A program made the position numbers and the translations under genes. A DNA stretch of 50,086 bases, the filler included, from Streblomastix strix (taxonomy: Eukaryota), in the NCBI GenBank assembly GCA_008636045.1. It is 3 parts of 3 records of this genome, joined end to end, with 100 filler letters (N's around TTAATTAATTAA, not from the genome) between each part and the next. Parts side by side here need not be neighbours in the genome. Positions count along the whole stretch, not along the records: positions 33,460 to 50,086 come from SNRW01000783.1; 2 more parts are not named here. One strand, written 5' to 3'. Position 1 is the first letter of the stretch; each line of letters begins with the position of its first letter. Shown here one piece after another: positions 40,301 through 50,086 of the stretch. The notes beneath the pieces are model-generated. The model saw only the letters and a program-made list of their open reading frames with translations. It made no database searches and was not told the DNA's origin.

Positions 40301-43300
40301 AAAAGAATTAATTGAATCCATAAAAATAATTTGCTTTTATGGATCAGCAAAACATACTCATTAATTATTTTAAATGGGAATATTTCAGATTCTTTCACCA
40401 AAACTGAAAAATAAGGATAAAAAAAATCAATTATCAATTCTCAAAATATTTATTGAAGTAATTAAGAAAAGATGGTAATTACTTTAATAATCAGAATCAT
40501 CTCAATCTCACTTACAATAACTCCTTACTCTTTCTCTTCCTCATCCATATTTTGAATAATTAGAATAATAATAAATAATAATAACAATAATATAGGAAGT
40601 TATTTTGAATGATGAAAGTTATATGGAAAATAAAAAAAATGCTTGTTAACTTCTTGATTCTCTTTATTCTGAAGGAATTAAATTACCAAAAAATCTGAAA
40701 TCACAAATAGTAAAACTTTTTTGTGAATAATCAAAATCTAATAATATGAATATTAAAAACAATGCATTAGAATCACTTTCAATAATAGCTGTGAATTAAG
40801 GTATAAAATTTAATAACATTGTTTATTTTTGCTAATGCTATATTATTAATCATTATTAATTTATTTAATATCTTTTTAATTAGAAAATCATGATTTGATT
40901 ATCTCTGAAGAAGTTTTTGAAAATGCAGCAAATTGTATTATGTATGAATTATTAAATTTATTTCATTATTAATAATTATTATAATAATTATTATTATTAT
41001 TTTGAATTATTTTCATAGAAAAAAGTCTTAAAGTGAAATTATTATTTATAACAAAATTAGATATTCTTTTCTCCTTATTCTTAATCTCTTCTTATTTGGC
41101 TCATAAGAAACTTAATAATTAATTTAAAATTCAATATCAAAAGAAACTCTTAGTAAGATTATAGATAGTGATTAAATTAAATATCTATTGAGTGCATATG
41201 CAAATCCAGATTAAATGAAATAAATTATGAAAATTAGAAGAATTATTGGAAGAAGAAATGAATAAGGATTAATTGAATTAATTAAAGCAGGATTATTATA
41301 AATGATAAATGAAATGATTGAAAAAGCGATTTCAAAGGAAGAAATTGAAGAGGAAATAATTGCTATAAATTAGAATATATTAAAGCATCTTATTCATAAT
41401 CCACATATAATTGAAGAAATAATATATGAATTAACTGATTTTTTTAATCAATATTTACATATTATTAATTCTCTTCCTCTTAACTAAATGAAAGAAGGAT
41501 TTCTTAGTCCACTTTCATAACTTCAAAATGCTCTTACAATTAAATAAAATAATAAAATATTTTAAAATGGGATAATACAATCAATGATGAAGATATTAGA
41601 ATCTTAAGATAAAGATATTAGAGAAGAAGTACTTAGAATAATTTGAAATGTAATTTAAACAGGAGCGAAAGACTTGAAAGAAGGATAATAACACCCATTT
41701 TATAAATAATTCTAATCAGATGGAACATTTCCAAAATTAATTAAAATATTCAAAGATGAAAAAGATTAATATAATCATGAATATATTGCATAAACACTTT
41801 CTTATTTATTCAAAGCTCTTCCTCTTCCACCAGAAATCAGAAATAATGTTATTGAAAAATTCAAATAAAAATATGATCCTGATTTTATTGCACTTTCTCT
41901 TCTTGCTGAATGTCCTGGTATACTTTTTAATTTATTTATAATTCAATAAATATATTATTTATTTTAATATTTATTTTAATATATAATATTTATAAAGATA
42001 ACCATGATGCAATTCTTTCTAATTAATTTGAAATGAAACTCTTCTCAAATGATTATTACACTCTTGAATGTCTTAAATTCTCATTTTCTATTCTTAAATA
42101 TGGATCAAATATTAATAAATTAAAAGTTTCTTCAGTCATTAAAGATGAAGTTGAATAATTAGCAAATGATGAATATGTTGATAAATTGGGAAATGGATGG
42201 AATTGGAATAGTGATAAAAATTAATAAATTAAATCCAGATCCAAAGAATTACTTTCATTAATAATATCAATAATTAATGATAATGATAATATAAATTTAA
42301 TTTCATAATAAGTTATAATAATATAAGATTCTAAAGATAAAGATCATAAATAATATTTATGCGAAGTAATTTTAAATTTTATTAAAGTTCAGATTAATGG
42401 ATTAAAAGAAGGATAATAACATCCATTACATTAATAATTCTAATCAGATGGAACAATTGCAAAATTAATTGAAATATTGAAAGATGAAAAAAATAAAGAT
42501 ATTCATCATTAAATTGCATAAATACTCGCTTATTTATTCAAATCTCTTCCTCTTCCACCAGAAATCTGTAATAATGTTATTGAAATTCTTAAAATAAATG
42601 ATTACCCTTCATCTATTAATTTTTATGAACTTTCACTTCTTGCTGAATGTCCTGGTATAGAAATTATTATTTATTTAAATTATTTATATTAATGCATATA
42701 TTATTTATTTTAATATTTATTTTAATATATAATATTTATTTTAATATTTATTTTAATATATAATATTTATAAAGATAACCATGAAGCAATTCTTTCTAAT
42801 TAATTTGAAATGAAACTCTTCAAATATGAATTGAATATTCTTGAAAGTCTTAATATCTCACTTTCTATTCTTAAATATGGATCAAATATTAATAAATTAA
42901 AAATTACTTCAGCCATTAAAGATGAAGTTGAATAATTAACAAATGATGAATATGTTGATGAATTGGGAAATAAATCTTGGAATAATTGGAATAAAGATAA
43001 AATATAAAAAATTAAATCCAAATCCAAAGAATTAATTCCAATAATAATATCATTAATAAATGATAATGATAATATAAATTTAATTTCTTAATTAGTTATT
43101 AAGATTTAAGATTCTAAAGATAATAATGTTAGAAAAGATTCAATTAGAATAATTTTGAATTTTATTAAAGTTCAGATTAATGGATTAAAAGAAGGATAAT
43201 AACATATACTTTATTAATAATTTTCATCAGATGGAACAATTCCAAAATTAATTCAATTATTCAAAGATGAAAAAGATGAAGATATTCATGAATATATTGC

Positions 43301-45322
43301 ATAAATATTGGCTTATTTATTCAAATCTCTTCCTCTTCCACCAGAAATCAGAAATAATGTTATTGAAAAACTCAAATTTAAATACAAACCAAATTATTAT
43401 GAACTTTCACTTCTTTCTGAATGTCCTGGTATACTTTTTAATTTATTAAATTTATTTATAATTCAATAAATATATTATTTATTTTAATATTTATTTTAAT
43501 ATATAATATTTATAAAGATAACCATGATGAAATTCTTTCTAATTAATTTGAAATGAAACTCTTTTTAGATAATAAATATACTATTGAATATCTTGATTTC
43601 TCACTTTCTATTCTTAAAAATGGAATAAATATTAATAAATTAAAATTCGCATTTGCTATTTAAGATAAAATTGAATAATTAACAAATGATATATATGTTG
43701 ATGAATTGGGAAAAAGATTAAATTGGAATGAAGATAAAAAATTAAGAATTAAAATGAAAACAAAAGAAATAATTGTATTGATAAATAATATTGATGATGA
43801 GAAAAAGAAAGAATAAAAATTTAATATTTAAGATTAAAGGATATAATGTGCTGTTTGTTGGTAAAGTTTCCCAATTTCTTTATATAATTAACATATTATG
43901 ATTCATAAGAAAGAGAAAGAAAATAATACATTACCAGAATAATGGAAAAATAAAGAATAAGAAAAAGAGATATAAAAATCATAAACTGAATTAAGTAAAT
44001 AGAAATCAAAAACAAATGAATCCTAATAATTAATTAGTGTATTTCAATAATAAATTGAAATAACGCAATCTGATCATACTCGTCTTATAACTGAAAATTA
44101 ACACCTTAATGTAGAACTTTCAAAACTAATACCTTTAATCACTTCACCAAAAGAATAAACAAAATCAGAAACTTAACAATTAGGTTTATTATTTGAAATT
44201 ATATATTTGAATAATATTAAATAACGATTTATTAATAAAAGTTAATTAATCATATTTTCTCCATATTTCATTCTTTATTTTCTCTATTCAATATATTTCA
44301 GTTCCTCCTTCTCTCAATCCAAATATGCTTATAAGTATAATACCTGATAAAGAACATGTATATTAAGAAGGATGCAAAATAATAAGAACAAACATATAAG
44401 GAGTTTCTACAGTAGCATTTGATCCTATAATTTCGAGTGGGATTGTCAGATTCGGAGGATTCTTTGAGAATCATATTATTTCTAACTTCAGTATGTCTAT
44501 ATGAATAATAAAGAATAGAATGATATTATTTTATTTGAATTAATTTTCATTATCTTTTATTTTCATGAACTTCATTCTCTTAATATATTATTTATTCATA
44601 TTTCTGATTAGGCTTTGGAATTGCAGATTCTTCTGCTGTCTTTGGTTCAAATGAAGATCCATCTGATGGTGAAAGTATTATTATATTTTTTAATGTAATA
44701 AAGAGAATTGAGAATTTAAATTATTATTGTTATTTATTATTATTTATCATTTATCATTTATTCTTAATCTTTGATAGATAAAAAGAAGACTGTTCGCTAT
44801 TATAAAGAGTTTGATTTATATATTTAAATATCAAAACATTATTTATTAATAAATATAAATTTCTTAATAATTATAATTAATTCCTCTCTTTCCTTCTCTC
44901 TAATTCTTATTCAGTGGTGATATTTCTCATATTGGAGATTGTATTAAAGGAAATAGTCGAATTAAAGAAAATAAATCTGTTGCAATGGAAGTTAATATGA
45001 ATATTATACCACGTACATTAACATTCTTTTATGATAACTAAGAATAGCCAGTTTCTGTAACAAATATTCCTTCTGCGATTAGATTCTACGTTCACATGCC
45101 ATTAATTTATTTATATTTTATTTATTTAAACATCAAAATATTCATATTATTTTGTTTCATTAATTCATTCTCTCTATTTCTATTCTTATATTTATATTTA
45201 TATAGATTTGCCTTAAAGATGCAAATTCCTCATTTACTATCAATAGATTCTAGAATATTTAATATTCAAATGCAAAAGGAGTTTCAAATAGAAAAGTATT
45301 TGAATGGGGAAAACGATGGTGA
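34381..45322 (+). CDS. Very large multi-exon protein: SH3, Ser/Gln/Lys repeats, NEK-like Ser/Thr kinase, ARM/HEAT-like repeats, coiled coil, SPRY-like C-terminus (possibly a young pseudogene)
   Basis: SH3: LYEVIRDYGGQDGNPQFVPVTKGEIVHVIKKE...QIGKVPMECIRP. Kinase (36000-37370): LSGGAMGKTF, YVMKRV, DYCELGDL, IIHRDIKPANIF, LGDFGLAK, AGTLNYQAAEVW, SDVFAVG, RPS. C-terminus: STVAFDPIISSGIVRFGG...GIADSSAVFG...AMEVNMNIIPRTLTFF...FEWGKRW*, with TGA at 45320-45322. In-frame TGA at 37797-37799 and 41644-41646. Confidence 0.85.
34651..35860 (+). repeat. Six tandem 201/210-bp coding repeats (SKQSQQSLLSKSK-rich)
   Basis: Unit anchor GGAAA(T/A)GAAAC at ~34660, 34861, 35062, 35272, 35473, 35683. The 9-bp length variation equals one extra TAATCTTAA. 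Confidence 0.9.
41660..43800 (+). repeat. Three ~740-780-bp intragenic exon-plus-intron duplications encoding ARM-like units
   Basis: LKEGQQHP...SDGT..KLI..FKDEK...LFK.LPLPPEI...L(A/S)ECP|intron|NH(D/E)(A/E)ILSNQFEMKLF, with the ECP donor at ~41915, ~42655 and ~43428. A diverged copy is at ~39570. Confidence 0.88.
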
Positions 45323-46170
45323 ATAATGATTGAATGATGATAATAGTGATGATGATTTTGTAGATGATGATTGAAAGAAAAAGAAGAACAATAAAATATA
45401 TATTAATAATACTCATAATAAATATTGCTTTTAAAAGACGTTGAAGTGCAAATAGAATCAGAAGGAGGAAAGGAAGAAATAAATTCTTTTGTTGTTTATA
45501 CAAATTAGTTTTAAGTTAATGTGTATAAGGAAGCAATTTCACTGTAATATGAGATGATGAACGGATGGATTGGCGAATCGAATGAATGAAGATTATGATT
45601 ATCAATAAGTCTACCTAGGTGACTATTATGAGGTTATTTTTGCTTGAATATTTACAAATAATGTATAAATAAATAATGAGTGAATAAATATGTTTATTTT
45701 TACTTATTTAAATTGAAACAATTTTTGATATTTAATATGCAAAACGAATTAAGGATAAATTTTGATGTCATTTAGATATCAATTAGATTTTTTTTCATTG
45801 TAAGCAACTTCTATAAGTTAATTCTATACTATTTTCTATGGAAAATATGATAATAATTAATATATTATGTTCAATATAATTTTAAATTCCTGTGCGTTGA
45901 GGTCCAGTAAAGAAAATAAAACTCCGCATAATTCGCCAATTTCTAATCGAATATTAATATTAATATAATATTTGTCACATAGAATAATATTCAAATTTAT
46001 TAGGCTATATTATTTTCCTGAATATTCATTGTAGAATATTTAATTATCGCAACTATAATTTATTATTAAAATCATCTAAAATATTTTCCAATATATGTTC
46101 CAGAACAAATATATTTTATTTTTCTTTATATGTTTTATTTTATCTATTATATTTATTTAGATCAAACCTT

Positions 46171-47480
46171 ATGTCTGGATTGGACAACCCGTACTACTCG
46201 GACTTCAGCGCAAACAAGGTTTAATATTTTTCTTAACGAACATTGATTATATATTTTTTTGATGCTGTATTTATTAATGCAGATAAGCGAAATTAAATAT
46301 CTTCTTGACTCTTTAGATCCTGCTAAGAGCTTGGAAGCGATGAAAAGACTTTGCGCATTCAGTGCAAAAGGCTTCGACGTTTCTGCTGTCTTCCCACAAG
46401 TAGTAAAATCAATTATGACTCAATCATTAGACGTGAAGAAGCTTATCTGTGAGTTTATTGTAATGAACAGCCGAAAAGCACCCGACTTCTGCCTGCTGTG
46501 CATAGACCGACTCCACAAAGACGCGACTGAAAACGTTAACCCACTAATTCGTGGATTAGCTCTAAGAACTTTATCTAGTTTACATCAGACTGAAGTTATC
46601 CAGGTTGTAACACATGATGTTATGAAGGCAGCTACTGATTAATCCCCGTACGTTCGCAAAGCGGCTGCTCTTGCAATTCCCAAATTGATTAAACTTGATA
46701 AAAGTCTATAAGAATCACTAGTTGAATTAGTTGGGCAGATGTTGGGTGACACGAATACAGTTGTCTTGGGTCCTACAATGGCTACTTTCCATAACATATG
46801 TCCATAGGAGTTTAGATTAATACATCCGCATTTCAGGAAATTGGCGCATCTGCTGGTCGATTTTGACGAGTGGAGCTAAATTGTGGCTTTGAAAGTTTTC
46901 TTGAATTATTCGAGGAATTAATTCTGCTCTCCATATGGAAATACAGAAGCTGATAAGAAATTGAAAGCTTCCAAAGCTGATGAAAAGAAGAAATAAAAAG
47001 AATTGAAAGAAAAAGAAGAAGAAAAATAGCGATGATGAAGAAGAAGATGAAGAAGAAGAAGATGATGATGAAGAAAAAGAAGAAGATTTGATTGATTTTG
47101 AAGGATTTATGAAGAGACGTATGAATAAATTATTTAATTAACCTATAATTTAACATAAAAATTCAAAATTTCCAATCATTTATATACAATTATTTTATTC
47201 ACATGTATATATTTAATATATATCCATTCATTCAGCACCCAAACCCTATTTACCCAAATCTGGAATACAACCTTTCTCAAATTCCATCAATCTATCCAAT
47301 ATTGGATCATCTAATCAAGGAATTGATGCAGATCTAAGGTACTTACTGAATAATGTATAACCGCTATTATAATCATCTAATGGTGGAGTAGTGCTTGGAG
47401 TAGCAACTCTATTATTCTACACAGCTACTGAGAATGAAAATGGACAAATTTTCAATAAACAAATAATTGAATGTGTGATG
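46171..47480 (+). pseudogene. AP3B: AP-3 complex beta subunit, N-terminal ~370 codons, truncated
   Basis: MSGLDNPYYSDFSANK|intron 46219-46282|ISEIKYLLDS...EAMKRL...FPQVVK...NPLIRGLALRTLSS...DQSPYVRKAAALAIPKL...LIHPHFRKL...DFDEWSQ...RNQFCSP...IDADLRYLL...PLLQSSNGGVV. Apparent 1-nt frameshift in an A-run at ~47025. Homology ends at the repeat junction 47481. Confidence 0.88.
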
Positions 47481-50086
47481 ATATAAAATGTATAAAAATT
47501 ATAATTCAGCCGAAAAATTGAGATGAAATTTATTTACAGAAAATTAATTATGATTCAATAAGATATTGTTTCGAGTTAATAAAAAAATTACAATAAGACA
47601 TTCAATGTTCATAGATATTAATAAAATTTCACAAATTTAAATATAAATAAGATATTTATATTTTAATATTGTCTAGGCGTGTTTTGAAGTAATTCCGAAG
47701 ATGACTTTCTACATAATTTTTAAATTCTCATTCTGGGATGACAAATCCATCTGACTCGATCTCGGCCCTGTTAACTAAATAATATAAACAATAATTAAAA
47801 TAATAATAATAATAATTTATAATTTATAATTTATAACATTCATTAATTCATTCAAAAATAAATCATACCAACATTAAGTGCGAGATAGCAGAGTGTTAAT
47901 TTTGAATTTGATTGTGTCCATTCATCTGTATCATTCACTAAAGTCTTCTGATGTCTAATTAATTCTATACGCATCTATTTGTCATTTATCTCTTTTGCTC
48001 GAAATATTTATCCAAGACAGATAGCTGCAGTATCTTTTGTTTTTTTATTACCATTTATTCTAAACAACTTCATTATTTTCTCAATTCCCCTGCCTGCATT
48101 AATTGTGTCATAATAAGGACGATGTGAGTTATCTGAGGTAGTGTTGAAATCATCAACAATAATATTTAGGATTGAGAGAAGTCCATCATATGCAACATCA
48201 TTGTATGTGTGCTCTAACAATCGAAGCAGACCAGGAAAAGGATTCTTTTGGTAAAGGAGTTACAAAATTTCATCACTGTAGGGATAACTGAGAACTTAAA
48301 ATGCTAAAATATAATTTCTTGTGATTTGACTCAATTCTCTTCTTTCAAAGATAAAAATCAATATATAATATAATTCCTGATTAGATTATTCTTTTTTTCC
48401 CTTCATCATCTTTTTTATTATAAAATGTCTTAATTATGAATTACGTAGCATAATTCTATTTTTCAATTATCTTCATCTTCTCTTCATGTGTTCCTAATAT
48501 TGGTATCATCAAATCTTCTCTAATCTTCTTAATCACTGATATAGGAATTTGAGCTTTAATTATTTCTGACATTAGATTCTAATTTTCTTGTTCAAAATTC
48601 TTTTTCAATTCTTCATTTTTTCTTTTCAATTCTTCATTAGTTCTTTTTATTTAATCAATTTCTTTTATTTATTATTCATTCTATCTTTTCAACTCTTGCA
48701 TTTCATCTACTGAACATGGACAAGTAACTCCTTAAAAAGTAAGTAATGTTTCTATCATTTTGGCTTTCATTGATATTTTCTTCATTTTCTTATCTTTATC
48801 TCATCCAACTTTACGAACAATAGATAATATTCCACTCATCTCAAATACATCACATCCATTAGTTATCAAATCTAATATTATACTAAGTATGTTGGAATGA
48901 ACATGCACTGGTCTGGATTCGTCAATCTAATGTGGAATATATAACAAAATAAGAAGAATATTAATGAATTTAATAAGAAAATTAAATATAATATAAATAC
49001 AAGTTCAAATCGAGCAATCTCTAAGAATCCATTTCTAATAAGTGATTATCGAAGCTTCTCAGATTTCTTCACAATTATACTCAGTCCATCACATCCTGTT
49101 TGTGATTTCTCTTCATCACTGCTCTGAAACAATTAATTAATAAATAAATTTAAATAATAAAAATGAAATACTTTCAGCATTGAAATAAGAGGACTCAATT
49201 ATAAATCGCTTAATGAACTTCCAAAATCTTCATCTGATCCAAAAATAATATTATAAATATCAGAAACTAATAAGAATATAATAAATTATATAATAAATAC
49301 CTTAAAGTGCGATAGAAACGAGTCGTTCTGTGATGTGCGCTCGCATTTCAGGATCATCAGACAGAAGTCCATTAACAAGAAGAGGTATTTCAGCAAACTA
49401 TATGAAAAAAAAAATTAATAAATATTAATAATGAATCTTATAAATGATAATAAATTGTCGCATGCATTCTGTCTCTCGTAGTGTGAGTCATTTGGACTGG
49501 GAGTACGAATTGTTTCAGACAGTCGCTTCGTTATTTCTTATGAAACCCTCCCTGATGCGTCAGTACCAATATTGAAGGACTAGCTTTGGCTATTCATGAC
49601 TATAAATAATTATTATTTAATAAAAATATAGATATTTAATTTGAAATAAAAAAGGAAACAGTATAAAACGGGAAAATTTAAAAAAAAAATTTCGCAATGT
49701 AATTCGGGAGTATAAGATAATAAATGGAAATAATTTTAAATAAACTAGAAAGAAGTTAGTAAATACATCGCATCGATAGATATATAAAATGCATAAAAAT
49801 TATAATTCAGCCGAAAAATCGAGATGAAATTTATTTACAGAAAATTAATTATGATTCAATAAGATATTGTTTCGAGTCAATAAAAAAATAACAAAAAGAC
49901 ATTCAATGTTCATAGATATTAATAAAATTTCGCAAATTTAAATATAAATAAGATATTTTTATTTTAATATTGTCTAGGCGTGTTTTGAAGTAATTCCGAA
50001 GATGACTTTCTACATAATTTTTAAATTCTCATTCTGGGATGACAAATCCATCTGACTCGATCTCGGCCCTGTTAACTAAATAATAT
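47481..50086. repeat. Direct repeat with 2301-bp period (47481-47785 vs 49782-50086): tandem gene-array unit
   Basis: Near-identical 305-bp copies with a few substitutions. The second copy carries the last exon and TGA (50029-50031, minus strand) of the next ARM-like gene copy. Confidence 0.93.
47728..49597 (-). pseudogene. ARM-like repeat/coiled-coil multigene-family protein with disablements
   Basis: ATG at 49597 (MNSQSQSFNIGTDASG). Several introns. KNPFPGLLRLLEH...GIEKIMKLFR...KDTAAICLGQIFRAKEI...|NRAEIESDGFVIPE*, with TGA at 47728-47730. In-frame TGA at ~48801 and frameshift at ~48365. Confidence 0.75.

Overview
Very AT-rich, intron-containing eukaryotic DNA that only translates sensibly if TAA/TAG encode Gln and TGA is the stop. 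The supplied standard-code ORF track is therefore mostly fragments or shadow ORFs. The code, intron style and gene families suggest an oxymonad such as Streblomastix strix (inference). The window is three unrelated contigs (16630, 16629 and 16627 bp) joined by artificial N44-TTAATTAATTAA-N44 linkers. Contig 1 holds a giant low-complexity minus-strand gene with a complete PPP-family Ser/Thr phosphatase domain broken up by long Q/S/P/N-rich inserts. Contig 2 is a mobile-element graveyard: two DIRS-like retroelement relics, a decayed intronless Polinton-like/virophage-like virus module (A32-like packaging ATPase, ~800-aa orphan, tail-fibre-like repeat protein) hit by a TA-targeting MITE, and an NAD(P) transhydrogenase alpha pseudogene. 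Contig 3 holds a huge SH3 + repeat + NEK-like kinase + ARM-like + SPRY-like gene flanked by pieces of AP-3 beta adaptin, followed by a 2301-bp tandem unit of an ARM-like gene. All translations were done by eye, and boundaries of decayed features are approximate.
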